The notes: generated by a model not told the origin, from the letters alone. 64,000 nucleotides of DNA from an uncultured Actinomycetota bacterium (GCA_963762795.1 CAVXMC010000002.1:840717-904716); one strand, 5' to 3'; shown: positions 1-12,561, counted from the stretch's first letter. Made by a program: numbers and translations.

Positions 1-366
1 CTCGTCGGACAGGTCGAGGCCGTGCTCCGGGTCCTCGGCCAGCAGGAGGTAGTGGTGCACGGTCTTGTGGACCCGGCGGCCCTCGGCGACGAACCAGAAG
101 TCGATGGTGCCGAGCTTGCCGATGACCCGGCCGCGGATGCCGGTCTCCTCGGCGACCTCGCGCACCGCCGTGTCGGGCTCGGTCTCCCCCGCCTCGACGT
201 GGCCCTTGGGCAGCGACCAGAGCAGCCGGCCGCGGCGGTCGAGCCGCCCGATCAGCGCGGCGTTGGCAGCAGGACCCAGCCGGTCGAGCACCAGGCCGCC
301 CGCGCTCGTCTCGTCGACGCGGCGCAGCGGACGGCGTCCGGTCGGCGGCGAGGGGACGGGGGGCAC
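1..366 (-). CDS. NUDIX hydrolase (MutT4/Rv3908-like), truncated by window edge
   Basis: Manual minus-strand translation [26 protein letters not shown]...[27 protein letters not shown] contains the Nudix box; usual neighbour of cca; -10-like TAGTCT 6 nt before GTG. Confidence 0.9.
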   Translation of the reverse strand, partial: MPPVPSPPTGRRPLRRVDETSAGGLVLDRLGPAANAALIGRLDRRGRLLWSLPKGHVEAGETEPDTAVREVAEETGIRGRVIGKLGTIDFWFVAEGRRVHKTVHHYLLLAEDPEHGLDLSDE

Positions 367-418
367 CCCTCCAGACTAGGCCCGGACCCCGGAGGACCGC
401 CGTCTCCAGGGCCGCGCG

Positions 419-1013
419 TCAGCGGCCGGTCCGCTGCCGTGGAGCGCGTGCCGCGGCGTCCGCCGGGCGCGTGGCGGCGACCAGCGCGCCGGGCCCGGTC
501 AGGTCGACGACGCCGTCCCAGCCGGGCGGCTCGGCGGCGCCCAGCGGCCCGGCGGTGAGCGTGGCGACCCGGGCGTCGGTGGTCACCAGCAGGTCGCGGG
601 TGCGGATGCCGAGGGCGACGCCGCCTTCGCCGACCGCGGTGTAGAGGACGTCGGCCCGGCCGAGCGCGCTGTCGACCAGCAGCTCCACGTCGGGGGGCAG
701 GCAGACCGGGCTGACCAGCCCGGCGGCGTAGTCGGTGGCGGCGTTGACCTCGGCGGCGGTCGCCGGCCGCAGCGGCGTCGGCGCCGAGCGCGTCCAGCAG
801 CGCCCGCGGGTCGGGGGTCGCCCCGGCCGCCACCATCACGGCGACCGTGCGGCCGTCGGCGACGTAGCAGCGCAGCGCCACGCAGCAGGCCGGGTCGAGC
901 TCGAGCGCGCCGGGGAGGTCGTCAGCGGTGGCCACCGGCCGGCGCAGCCGCACCACCTCGTGGGGGACGTCGCGGGCCAGCAGCTCCCGGTGCACGTCCA
1001 GCGCGCCCTTCAC
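419..1013 (-). CDS. YbaK/aminoacyl-tRNA editing domain protein (frameshifted near 775)
   Basis: MKGALDVHRELLARDVPHEVVRL... joined to a frame with NAATDYAAGLVSPV and VLYTAVGEGGVALGIRTRDL, typical of the YbaK/EbsC fold. Confidence 0.7.
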
Positions 1014-1085
1014 GTGCGCCTCCCGTCCTGGGTGGGCTCCGCGCACCCCTGTCGGAGATCGCGGACTCCCGTAGCCTGGACCCTC

Positions 1086-2538
1086 GTGCCCACCTTGTCG
1101 AGCGTGCAGGAGAACGCCGTCCGCGAGCTCCTGCGGGTCTCGCCGGTCGCCGTCGAGCTCGGGGAGCGCTTCGCCGCCGCCGGGCACGCCCTGCACCTGG
1201 TCGGCGGGTCGGTCCGCGACGCGCTGCTCGGCCGGCTCGGCGACGACCTCGACCTGACCACCGACGCCCGGCCCGAGCAGGTCCTTGCGCTGGTCGAGGG
1301 CTGGGCCGAGACGGTCTGGGACACCGGCATCGCCTTCGGCACGGTCGGGCTGGCCAAGCGCGGCTTCAAGCTCGAGGTCACGACCTACCGCTCGGAGGCG
1401 TACGAACCGGGCTCGCGCAACCCGGTGGTGGCGTACGGCGACTCGCTCGAGGCCGACCTCGGCCGCCGCGACTTCACCGTCAACGCGATGGCGGTGGCGC
1501 TGCCCGACTGGAAGGCGCCGGACGCCTTCGTCGACGCCTTCGGCGGGCTGGACGACCTGGCCGGCCAGGTGCTGCGCACGCCGGGTGCGCCCGAGGACTC
1601 CTTCGACGACGACCCGCTGCGCATGCTGCGCGCCGCCCGCTTCGCCTCGCAGCTGCGCTTCCGCGTCGACCCGGGCGTGGTGGCGGCCATGAGCGCGATG
1701 TCGGAGCGGCTGGCGATCATCACCAAGGAGCGGGTGAAGGAGGAGCTGTCCAAGCTCCTGTGCGGCGCCGACCCGCGGACCGGGCTCGAGCTGCTGGTCG
1801 ACACCGGGCTGGCCGAGCACGTGCTGCCCGAGCTGCCGGCGCTGCGCCTCGAGATCGACGAGCACCACCAGCACAAGGACGTGTACGAGCACACGCTGCG
1901 CGTGCTGGAGCGCGCGGTCTCGCTCGAGGAGGACGGCCCCGACCTGGTGCTGCGGCTCGCCGCGCTGCTGCACGACGTGGGCAAGCCGCGCACCCGCCGG
2001 CACGAGGACGGCGGCGGCGTCTCGTTCCACCACCACGAGGTGGTCGGCGCGAAGATGGCCAAGAAGCGGCTGCGGGCGCTCACCTACGGCAAGGACGTCG
2101 TCGAGCAGGTGGGGCTGCTCACCGAGCTGCACCTGCGCTTCCACGGGTACGGCTCGGGCGGCTCGCCGTGGACCGACTCCGCGGTGCGCCGCTACGTCAC
2201 CGACGCCGGCGACCAGCTCTCCCGCCTGCACAAGCTGGTCCGCTCCGACTGCACGACGCGCAACAAGCGGCGGGCGGCGGCGCTGGCCGCGGCGTACGAC
2301 GACCTCGAGCGCCGCATCGCCGAGCTGGCGCGAGAAGGAGGAGCTCGGCCGGATCCGGCCCGACCTCGACGGCAACGCGATCATGGGCCTGCTCGGGCTC
2401 GAGCCCGGCCCGCAGGTCGGGCAGGCCTACAAGCACCTCATGGCGGTGCGCATGGAGCGCGGCCCGCTGCCGGAGGACGAGGTGCGCGCGGAGCTGTTCT
2501 CCTGGGCCCGTGAGCAGGGGATCCGCGTCCCGGAGTAG
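1086..2538 (+). CDS. cca: CCA tRNA nucleotidyltransferase / poly(A) polymerase family with HD domain (frameshift near 2335)
   Basis: LVGGSVRD, DLDLTT, DLGRRDFTVNAMA, DDPLRMLRAARF, LLHDVGKP motifs; C-terminus PDLDGNAIMGLLG in the next frame. Confidence 0.95.
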
Positions 2539-2560
2539 TCCGTTCGGGCCATGGTCCGCT

Positions 2561-3948
2561 ATGTCCGGTGCGAGGCAGACTGGGTCGCATGTCGTCGGCC
2601 GAGGTGGAGCACGCCCGCGTGCCCTCGGGCGCGCGGTCGACGTCCGGCTGTCCCGCACGGTGGCCGCCGTCGCGGTCGCCTGCGCGGGCGTCCTGCTGGC
2701 CGGGGTGGCCGTCTCGGCCCGCGGTCCGGCGCCCGAGGACGTGCCGACCGTGCTGCGCGAGGCTTCCGACGGCACCCTGCTCGAGGTCCCCGGGGCGGCG
2801 CCCCGGGCCGTGAGCGCCGGCAGCCGGGTCCCCGACGGCGCGACCGTGCGCACGCCGGCCGACGGCGACGCCCTGCTCGACACCGGCGGCCGCGAGGTGC
2901 ACCTCGCCGGCGCGACCGCCGTCGCGGTGGTCGACGGCACCCGCCAGCGGCTGCGGGCCGGCAGCCTGCTGGTCGACGCCACCGACGGCCCGCGGGTGCG
3001 GGTGGCCGCGGACGCCGCCGAGGTGCGGGTCGACGACGACGCGCTGGTCCGGCTCGACCAGGCCGCGGTGCTGCGGGTCGCCAGCTACGACGGGACGGCC
3101 GTCCTGCGGGCCGACGGCCGTCGCCGGCGCGCCAGCGTCGGCCCCCTGCACCAGGTGCAGGTCCCCTACGGCGGTCTGCCCGGCCGGGTCACGCCGCTCG
3201 CCCTCACCGAGTCCGACCCCTGGGAGCGGGAGTTCCTCGGCGGGGTGGTCCGGGCGGACGAGCGCCTGTCCGGCGTGGTCGACAGCCTCGACGACTCGCC
3301 CGTCGGCGTCCGGGCCGCTGCGGCGGTCCCGGCGGAGTTCCGCGCCGCGACCGACGACGGCTCCCCGCTCGGCTCCGGTGCCCGCACCATGACCTTCGCC
3401 ATCGCGCAGGCGACCGGGGTCCCGGGAGCCACCTACCGCCAGGTGCTCGACGGCCGCGAGCTCGGCGGCTCCTGGGGCGTGCTCAGCGCGCTCGTCGACG
3501 CCGAGGCCGACGAGGTGCTCCGCTTCTTCGACGCCGAGCTGCCCGCGGTGCTGGCCGCGGTCGAGCAGGACGAGGTCGCCACCGCGGCCGAGGCGCCGGA
3601 CGGCGCGGTCGTCGTCGCGGGCCTGCTCGACCCGCGCCCCCCCGCCGCGCCGGAGCCGACCCGCACTGCCGCGCCGGCCACCCGGCCGTCGTCCGGCCCG
3701 GTCCCGACGCCGCTGCCCGCAGGACCCCGAGGACGTGCCCGACGACGTCCCCGACGACGTCGAGGACGCCGGCCGAGACCACGCTGCGCGAGGTCATCGG
3801 GCTCATCCCGACCGCCAGCCCGACCGCCAGCCCGGCGCCGCCGCGCGCGCCGAGCCCGACGCCGACCCGCCTGCCGGTGCTGCGCCTGCCGGCGCGGGCC
3901 CCGGCGAGCCCGTCCCCCGGCCTGCTGGACCTGCTGCCCGGCCGCTGA
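2561..3948 (+). CDS. Hypothetical membrane-anchored protein, FecR-like beta domain and Pro/Thr-rich tail (frameshift near 3720)
   Basis: TM segment VAAVAVACAGVLLAGVAV followed by beta-rich region (GATVRT...LRAGSLLVDA...VASYDGTAVL); FecR resemblance is inference. Confidence 0.5.
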
Positions 3949-3949
3949 G

Positions 3950-5251
3950 TCAGCCCGCGACCACCGGCTCGGGCGGCTCGAGGGCGGCCCGCCGCGCGCT
4001 CGCCACCCCGTACAGCAGGGCGGTCAGCGCGTAGCCGCCGGCGACGATCGCGATCACGACGTACGACTTGCCGTCCGGCGGGAGCAGCACCGCGGAGGCG
4101 GCTGCGGCGGCGACGAAGCCGACGTTGAACAGCGTGTCGTAGAAGCAGAAGACGCGGCCGCGGAAGTCGTCCTCGACCGACTCCTGGATCAGCGTGTCGA
4201 CGCAGATCTTCGACGCCTGCGCGGCGAAGCCGAGGAAGAAGGCGGCGACCAGGAACAGCGCCGTGCGTGTAGGGGACGCCGAAGACGACCTCGACCACCG
4301 CGGCGACCGAGAAGACGAGGACGACCCAGCGCTGGGTCCCGAGCCGGCGGGTGGCGCGCGGGGTCGCCAGCGCGGCGAGCAGCCCGCCGAGCACGGAGGC
4401 CACGACCACCTCGCCGAGCCCGGTGAAGCCCAGGCCGATCGCGCCCTGCTCGGTGTAGAGCAGCAGCGTCGCGACCGTGCTCAGGCCGTAGAAGAAGCGG
4501 TGGGCGGTGATGGCCGCGAGCCCGCGGGCGGCGGGCCCGCGCTCGCGCACGTGCTGCGCGCCCTGCGCGACGCCACGCGCCACGGCGGCCAGCGCGTCGC
4601 GGAGCCGCTCGTGCAGCGGCGGGGAGGTCGGGCCGAGCCGCTCGGCGCCGATCCGGGCGGCCAGCAGCGCGGCCACGACGTAGATCGCCGGCGGCCACGA
4701 GCGCGGTCCGGCTGGCGCCCAGGTCGTCCTCGCCGAAGACGAGGCGCAGCGCGACGGCGGAGCCTCCGCCGGCTGCCGCGGCGCCCGCGCCGAGGGTGGT
4801 GGTGAAGGAGTTGGCGGTCACCAGGTGCCGGTCGTCGACCACCTGCGGCAGCGCGGCCGACAGCCCGGACAGCACGAAGCGGTTGACCGACACGACGACC
4901 AGCGCCAGGGCGACGACCGGCGGGCTGGTCGGCCCGAGCAGCGGCCAGCAGCACCGCGAAGACGACGACGACCGCGGCGCGCAGCACGTTGCCGTGCTGG
5001 AGCACCCGCTGGCGCCGCCACCGGTCGAGCAGCACGCCGGCGAACGGCCCGACGACGCTGTAGGGCAGCAGCAGCGTCGCGAAGGCCGCCGCCGCCTGGC
5101 CGGCGCTGGTGGCCCGCTCGGGGTTGAAGAAGACCGCGGAGAACAGCGCCGCCTGGAACAGCCCGTCGGCGAACTGCCCGGACAGCCGCACGCGCAGCAG
5201 GCGGCGGAAGTCGAGCCCCCGGACGACCTCTCGGAGTGCTCCCTCTGCCAC
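3950..5251 (-). CDS. MFS transporter (several frameshifts)
   Basis: FRRLLRVRLSGQFADGLFQ, GPFAGVLLDRWRR motif A, DTLIQESVEDDFRGRVFCFYDTLFNV; conserved next to cca in actinobacteria. Confidence 0.85.
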
Positions 5252-5390
5252 CGCGACAGCCTAGGTGGCGGCGCGGCGTACGGCCGTCTGGCCCAACGGG
5301 TCCTAAGGTCCCGCGCCCTCCCTGCCGACGTACCCCCTAGCAGGAGGGGTCCGCCCCTCCCGACCGCTGTCGTGCGTCCCGAGGAGTCCC

Positions 5391-7905
5391 GTGAACCGCA
5401 TCCCCGCCCCCGCCGGACACCGCGTCGGCGTGCGCACCCTGGTGGCCGGGTTCGCGGGCGTCGCCGTCGTCGCCGGGGTGCTCGCCCCGGGCGCCGTCGG
5501 CGCGGCCGAGCCGACCCCGTCGGCCACGCCGTCGCCCTCGGCCAGCGCGTCCGCCCGTCCCAGCGCGTCCGCCAGCCCGTCCGCCAGCGCGTCCGCGAGC
5601 CCGAGCGCGGTCCCGACCAGCAGCGCGCGCCCGGTGGTCACCCGCCTCCCCGCGCCCCGCGCGGTCAGCCCGCTGGACGGCCACGCCGCCAAGAACGTGC
5701 TCCTGGACTGGACGCCGGTCGCCGGCGCCGAGGGCTACGTCGTGGAGGTCGGCACCGACGTCGACTGGTCCGACGGCGCCGTCTTCACCGCCAAGGTCAC
5801 CAGTGGCGCGACCAGCTACACGCTGCCCGACTCCGTGCCGCACGCCTCGTACGTGTGGCGGGTCGCGGCCACCACGCTCGCCGGCCAGGGCCGCTGGTCG
5901 GCCAACGGCGCCTTCGAGCGGGCCTGGGCGCAGCGCCCCGCGCCCCTGAGCCCGACCGCCGACAGCTCCTCCCCGGCCGGCCGGACCTTCGCCTGGACGC
6001 CGGTCCCCGGCGCGTCGGAGTACCAGCTGCAGATCAGCACGTCGCCGACCTTCAACGACGGCAGCCTGGTCGACCGGGACCCGACGCAGACGCAGAACGA
6101 GCCGCTGACGCGAGTCCTGCTTCACCACCCGCACCGAGGTCACGCCGCACGTGCACCACGGCAAGCCGAAGATCTCCTCGCCCGGCGACTGCAGCCTGAC
6201 GCTCGTCAGCAGCGACCCGTCGACCCCGCGCTACTGGCGGGTCCGTGCCCTCGACCACGTCGTCGGCGAGCAGGTCGACCTGCCCACGGCGCCGACGACG
6301 GACGAGGGCATCAGCCACCTGCCGCCCAACTTCATCGGCGGCGAGCTCGACCTGAGCCGCCTGCCCGCGCCCGGAGGCCGACGTGCCGACCGGGCGGCGT
6401 CTTCCCCTCGCCGTCGCCCAGCGCCGAGCGCGTCCGCGTCGGCGTCCGCCAGCGCCGGCCCGTCCCCGGCCCGCAGCCCGGCCAAGCCGGTCCTGTCCTG
6501 CACGCCGGCCAACCCGGTCGAGAAGGGCGCCTGGTCGGCGACGACCCGTTCTCCATGTCGCTGGCCGTCGACCACGACCGACCACACGACCTTCCCGCTC
6601 GTGACGACCAACGCCGCTGCCGGCCACCACCTGCACCGCGGACGCAGGTCTGCCGCGACGTCCCGAAGCTCTCCTGGGACGCGGTCGCCCGGCGCCATGG
6701 CCTACCGGGTCTACCTCGCCCTCGACCCGAGCTACAGCAACATCGCGTACGTCGGTGACGTGCTCGGCACCGAGTGGGTGCCGCTACTACCAGCTGCGCG
6801 ACAACACCGCCGGCCAGGCCTACTACTACGCCGTGCAGGCCTGCACGCTCGCTCGGCTGCGGTGCCGGTCCCGTCCCGCCGCTGTCGTTCAGGAAGCGCA
6901 GCCCGGCGGTCGTCCCGACCGGTCCGGCGGAGGGCGCCGCGCTCGGCGCCGACGTCGACCAGGTGACCCTGTCGTGGAAGGAGTGGGCCGCAGACCCTGG
7001 CCGAGGTCACCGGTGCCGCGGCGACCTCCGGCGCGCAGGCCTACCGCGTGCAGCTGACGACCGAGGACGACCCGGACTTCACCGACCCGCTGCTGGACGC
7101 AGAGGTCGACGAGTCCTCGTACGTCTCGCCGGACGTCCGCTACCCGGACGGCCGCCTGCTGTGGCGCGTCCAGGCCATCGACGCCAGCGGCAACCTGCTC
7201 GCCCTTCTCGCCGGTGCAGAGCTTCCGGCGCGACGCCACCCGGCCGACCGTGACGCTGCTCGACACCGCCCCGCTCGCGGTCGACGGCACCGTCGTCCTC
7301 TCGTTCAGCGAGCCGGTCACCGGGGTCGACGCCGACTCGCATCACCGTCTCGCCGGCCGCCGCCGTGACCGTGCGGCTCGCCGCCGACCGGCTCAGCGCG
7401 GTGCTCAGCCCGGCGCCGCGCTGGCTGCTCGGCGCGAAGCACACGGTCGCCCTCGCGCCGACCGTGCAGGACCTGGTCGGCAACGCCGTCGTCCCGGCCG
7501 CCGGCGACCTCGAGGTCGTCTCCCGCGCCGACGACAGCTCGCCGTCGCTGGCCTTCGCCGGCCGCTGGAACCCGCGGTCGTCGACGAACGCGCTCGGCGG
7601 CACCTACCGCGCCACCACCCCGACCATGCGGGCGCAGAGCGCGGTCGACCACCTACCTCTACGGCAACGGCGCCCGCATCACCGGCTGCTACGGCCCGAC
7701 CGGCGGCTTCGCCGACATCTGGGTCGACGGCGTCAAGCGGGCCCGGGTCGACACCTTCCGCCCGTACAGCGGCTGCGGCATCACCCTCGCCGAGTACGCC
7801 CTGCCGCTCGGCCGGCACCAGGTGCAGCTGCGCGGGGTCGGCATGAAGCGCTCCGCCAGCAAGGGCACCACCGTGATGCTCGACGCGGTGGACGCGCTGC
7901 ACTAG
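5391..7905 (+). CDS. Large secreted protein with repeated fibronectin-III-like modules and an Ig-like (Big_5-type) domain (multiple frameshifts)
   Basis: Signal peptide, Ser/Pro linker, repeated W-x-x-V-x-GA-x-x-Y-x-V/L motifs and YxWRV motifs, V-x-L-SFSEPV, C-terminal [11 protein letters not shown]. Confidence 0.7.
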
Positions 7906-7919
7906 CCCGTACGCGACGC

Positions 7920-7956
7920 CGGAGCCCGGCCGCCCCCAAGGGCGGACCGGGCTCCG
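7920..7956. terminator. Hairpin between convergent genes (likely bidirectional terminator)
   Basis: CGGAGCCCGG-CCGCCC-CCAA-GGGCGG-A-CCGGGCTCCG. Confidence 0.65.
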
Positions 7957-8025
7957 CGCGTCGCGCGCGCGGCCCGGGCGGTAGCTGACTGCGCGGACGG
8001 GGCCGGCTCGGCCTGAGCGGGAGGA

Positions 8026-9136
8026 CTATGCAGCTCGGCGCGAGCACCCTCACGTCCTGGCCGTTGATCCAGGCCTCGAGGACGTCCTTGGCGATGTCGT
8101 CGCGGACCTGCTTCGGCGGGGACTTCATGAAGTACGTCGACGCCGGGTGCACCGGGCCGCCCTCGCCGCGGTCGAGCGCGACCTTGGCGCAGCGCAGCGC
8201 GTCGATGATGACGCCGGCCGAGTTGGGGCTGTCCCAGACCTCGAGCTTGTACTCGAGGTTCAGCGGGACGTCGCCGAACGCGCGACCCTCGAGGCGGACG
8301 TAGGCCCACTTGCGGTCGTCGAGCCACTGCACGTAGTCGGACGGGCCGATGTGCACGTTGCGGGCGCCCATGTCGTGCTCCATGTTGGAGGTCACGGCCT
8401 GGGTCTTGCTGATCTTCTTGGACTCCAGGCGGTCGCGCTCCAGCATGTTCTTGAAGTCCATGTTGCCGCCGACGTTGAGCTGGTAGGTGCGGTCCAGGAT
8501 CACGCCGCGGTCCTCGAACAGCTTCGCCATGACGCGGTGGGTGATGGTGGCGCCGACCTGGCTCTTGATGTCGTCGCCGACGATCGGGACACCGGCGGCG
8601 CGGAACTTCTCGGCCCACTCCGGCGTGCCGGCGATGAAGACCGGGAGCGCGTTGACGAAGGCGACCTTGGCGTCGATGGCGCACTGCGCGTAGAACTTCG
8701 CGGCGTCCTCGGACCCGACGGGCAGGTAGCAGATGAGGACGTCGACCTTCGCGTCCTTGAGCGCCTGCACGACGTCGACCGGCTCGGCGTCCGACTCCTC
8801 GATGGTGAGGCGGTAGTACTTGCCGAGGCCGTCGAGGGTGACGCCGCGCTGGACGGTGACGTCCATCGGGGGCACGTCGGCGATCTTGATCGTGTTGTTC
8901 TCGGACGCGAGGATCGCCTCGGACAGGTCGAAGCCGACCTTCTTGGCGTCGACGTCGAACGCCGCGACGAACTCGATGTCGCGGACGTGGTAGCCGCCGA
9001 GCTCGACGTGCATGAGGCCGGGGACGCGTGCGGACGGGTCGGCGTCGCGGTAGTACTCGACGCCCTGGACGAGCGACGCGGCGCAGTTGCCGACGCCGAC
9101 GATGGCAACGCGGATCGGCGTGCGGGTGGTGGCCAT
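8026..9136 (-). CDS. ino1: Inositol-3-phosphate synthase (probable frameshift in the last codons)
   Basis: [50 protein letters not shown]. Confidence 0.97.
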
Positions 9137-9144
9137 GCTGCTCC

Positions 9145-9735
9145 TCAGCTCTCTTCTCGTGGTGCGGGGTGGGTGGTGCCCGTGCGGGGTGGACGTCCGG
9201 CCCGCTCGGTCTCGATCAGCTCGGTCAGCCAGCGCACCTCGCGCTCGACGGACTCGAGCCCGTGCTCCTGCAGCTGGAGGGTGTAGTCGTCCAGCCGCGA
9301 GCGGGTCCGGGCCAGCGAGACCCGTACGCCCTCCCGGCGCTCCTCCAGCCGGGACCGGCGGCCCTCGAGGATGCGCACGCGCACCTCGGGGTCGGTCTTG
9401 GCGAAGAAGGCGAAGTGGACCCCGAAGGTCTCGTCCTCCCACGCCGACGGACCGGCCTCGGCCAGGAGCTCGGTGAGCCGCTCCTTGCCCTCGGCGGTCA
9501 GCTTGTAGACGACCTTGCCGCGGCGGCCGGTCAGCGCCGGGGCGCCGGCCACGACCTCGGCGTCGCCCTCGTCCTCGGTGATCCAGCCGGCCTCGCGCAT
9601 GCGGCGCAGGGTCGGGTAGAGCGAGCCGTAGGAGAAGGCGCGGAACGTGCCGAGGGTGGCCTTGAGCCGGGCGCGCAGCTCGTAGCCGTGCAGCGGCGCC
9701 TCGGACAGCAGGCCGAGGACGGCGAGCTCGAGCAC
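9145..9735 (-). CDS. PadR-family transcriptional regulator (Rv0047c-like)
   Basis: [19 protein letters not shown]...[12 protein letters not shown]...VYKLTAEG; directly upstream of ino1. Confidence 0.93.
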   Translation of the reverse strand: MLELAVLGLLSEAPLHGYELRARLKATLGTFRAFSYGSLYPTLRRMREAGWITEDEGDAEVVAGAPALTGRRGKVVYKLTAEGKERLTELLAEAGPSAWEDETFGVHFAFFAKTDPEVRVRILEGRRSRLEERREGVRVSLARTRSRLDDYTLQLQEHGLESVEREVRWLTELIETERAGRPPRTGTTHPAPREES

Positions 9736-9762
9736 GTCGTCCTCCTCCCGGATGCTGCTCGT

Positions 9763-9787
9763 GCGATGTATCGAGGCGATACATCGC
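9763..9787. promoter_or_regulatory. Palindromic operator upstream of PadR-ino1 operon
   Basis: Perfect 11-bp inverted repeat GCGATGTATCG-AGG-CGATACATCGC, 28 nt before the PadR start. Confidence 0.75.
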
Positions 9788-9916
9788 GGCGGCAGGACGA
9801 ACAGTACGTCCCGGGGGAACACCGCGCAACCAGCGGGTGTCCAGCGTGTCGCTGCCCCACGGTGGGGGTCCGGCGACCTCTGGCGAGGGCGGCGCGCCGG
9901 TCGTACCGTCGCCGGC

Positions 9917-10371
9917 ATGAGCGCACCGGACCCCCGGAGCGCCGCCGGCCGCCCGAGCCGGTGCGCCGGGACGTCGTCGACCACGCCCTCGCGCGGCGCG
10001 CCCTGCTGCAGCAGCTGCTCGGGGGCGGGCTGTTCGCGACGGTGTCGCCGTACGACGTGTGCGACGCCTCGCCCTACCTCAAGCGGGCGGCCGAGCGCTA
10101 CGGCGCGCAGACCGCGCGGACCTGCCCGATCTGCCGCCGCGACCGGCTCTGGGAGGTCGCCTGGACCTACGGCGACGCGATCGGCAACGCCAGCGGCAGC
10201 GCCCGCTCGCCGGCCCAGCTGGCGGTGCTCGCGGCCGAGCACCCGGACTTCGCCGTGCACGAGGTCGAGGTCTGCCAGCGGTGCGGCTGGAACCACCTCG
10301 TGCGCTCCTGGCGGACCGGCACCCCGGGCACCGCGCCGGCCCGCCGGCCGCGCGCGTCCGAGCTCCGTTGA
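9917..10371 (+). CDS. DUF5318 family protein (Rv0049-like; frameshift near N-terminus or start at 9961)
   Basis: [12 protein letters not shown]...[13 protein letters not shown]...CPIC...[13 protein letters not shown]. Confidence 0.85.
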
Positions 10372-10414
10372 TCACCTCACGCACCGCTCACAGGGGCCAG
10401 GGTGAGAATGGGGT

Positions 10415-12561
10415 GTGCGCAGACCCTCGTGGAAGAAGCTCGTGCTGGGCGGACTGGGCGGCGGGTTGCTCGGCGTCGTCGCCCTGGTCGGCGTCGGCTA
10501 CGCGCTGACCGACATCCCGGAGCCCTCGGCGTCGGCGACCCAGCAGAGCACCCGCATCCTCTACGCCGACCGCTCCGAGCTGGGCCGGATCGGCGTGCAG
10601 AACCGCACCGACGTGACGCTCGACAACGTCTCGGAGGACGCGCGCAACGCGGTGCTGGCCGCCGAGGACCGCGGCTTCTACACCGAGCCGGGCATCAGCC
10701 CGCGCGGCATCGCCCGGGCGCTGTTCGCCAACGTGCAGGGCGGCGGCGTCGAGCAGGGCGGCTCCACGATCACCCAGCAGTACGCCAAGAACGCCTTCCT
10801 CACCAGCGAGCGGACCTTCACCCGCAAGGTGAAGGAGGTGTTCATCGCGCTGAAGATGACCCGCCAGCGGACCAAGGAGGAGATCCTCGAGGACTACCTC
10901 AACACCATCTACTTCGGCCGCGGGGCCTACGGCATCCAGGCCGCGACCGAGACCTACTTCGGCGGCGGGCACCGGCTCGGCGAAGCGGCTGTCCGTCGCC
11001 CAGGCCGCGGTGCTCGCCTCGAGCATCCGGTCGCCCGCGGCGTACGACCCGGAGCGCCACCCGCAGCGGGCCAAGGACCGCTGGAACTACGTGCTGGACG
11101 GCATGGTGACCAAGGGCTGGATCACCGCCGAGGCGCGGGCCGAGGTGAAGTACCCCTACGTCAAGCCGGTCGCCACCGACCGCGCGCAGCAGCGCAAGGG
11201 CCCGGTCGGCTACGTGATCGCCAAGGTCGAGGAGGAGCTGGCCGCCAAGGGCGCGCTGAGCGAGGAGGAGCTCGCGCAGGGCGGCCTGGTCGTGCAGACG
11301 ACGCTGCGGCCGGACGCGCAGAAGGCCGCCGTCGAGGCGGTCGAGGAGGTCGTCCCCGAGCCCACCGACCCGCAGACCTCCGTGCAGGGCGCGCTCGTCG
11401 CGGTCAAGCCCGGCACCGGCGAGATCTTCGCCTACTACGGCGGGCGCTCCGGCAACGGCGGCTTCGACTACGCCAGCGACGGCCTGCGCCAGCCCGGGTC
11501 GTCCTTCAAGCCGTACGTCCTGGCCGCCGCGCTCAAGGACGGCATCAGCCTGCGCAGCCGGTTCAACGGCAACAACGACCGCGAGTTCGACGGCCGCAAG
11601 GACCCGGTGCGAGAACTTCGGCGACGAGAGCTACGGCCGCATCGACCTGGTCAAGGCGACCGAGGACAGCGTCAACACCGTCTACGTCGACCTGGCGCAG
11701 AGGATCGGCCCCGACAAGGTGGCCGAGCTGGCGCACGCCGCCGGCATCCCCGACAGCGTGAAGCTGGCCGAGGCGGACGGCGGCAAGCCCTCGATCGACA
11801 TCGGCCTCGGCCCGTACGAGGTGCACGTCATCGACCAGGCGGTCGGCTTCGCCACGTTCGCCGCCGAGGGGGTGGCCGCCCAGCCGTTCCTCGTGAAGAG
11901 CGTCAGGCGGGGCGACAAGACCGTCTACACGGCCCGGCTGCGCACCTCGCGCGCCTTCGGCGAGGACGTCGCGGCCGACACGACGTACGCGCTGCGCCAG
12001 GTCGTCGAGGACGGCACCGGCAGCCGGGCCCGCCTCGACGAGCGGCAGGCCGCCGGCAAGACCGGCACGTCGAGCAACAACCGCGACGCGTGGTTCGTCG
12101 GCTACACGCCGCAGCTGTCGGCCGCCGTCTGGCTCGGCCGCCCGCGCGGGACGCTGAACGGCACCGTCGCCGAGGGCGAGGTCACCGGTGGCCGCGTCTC
12201 GGCCGGCATCTGGAAGCAGTTCATGGACGCCGCCCTCGAGGGGCAGCCGGCCGAGGACTTCCCGCGCCGCGCCGACATCGGCTCGGTCTCGAGCGGCTCC
12301 GGCGACAGCGCCACCACCGACGACGAGTCGCCGCGCGAGCGCCGCCGCCGCCGGACGGCCGCGCCGGAGCCCGAGGCGACCCAGAGCGCCGAGGTCCAGG
12401 CGAGCGTCGAGCCGAGCACCGCGCCGTCGCCGACCCGTCGTCGCGAGTCGCCCGCCGCCCCGCCGCCCGAGCCGACGCAGGAGCCCGAGCCGGAGCCGAC
12501 CCAGGCGCCGCCGCCGGCCACGGAGGCCCCGCCCGCCGACCCGAGCCCGCCGCCGGCCTGA
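10415..12561 (+). CDS. ponA1: Class A penicillin-binding protein (transglycosylase/transpeptidase), frameshifts near 10975 and 11610
   Basis: AAEDRGFY, QGGSTITQQYAKN, YLNTIYFGRGAYGI, QPGSSFKP (SxxK), SVN, AGKTGT. Confidence 0.93.

Noticed and set aside
1005-1020. parS-like TTCACGTG core
   Set aside because: Right arm does not match GTTTCACGTGAAAC; no full parS seen in the window.
252-2384. Long antisense/alternative-frame ORFs (also 19605-22763, 37797-39623, 48842-52612 and many others)
   Set aside because: Shadow ORFs caused by high GC and few stop codons; Arg/Gly/Pro-rich and overlapping recognisable genes.
5515-5625. Short tandem repeats (also the ssb Gly-rich tail and 24100-24230)
   Set aside because: They encode Ser/Pro/Ala or Gly linkers inside proteins.
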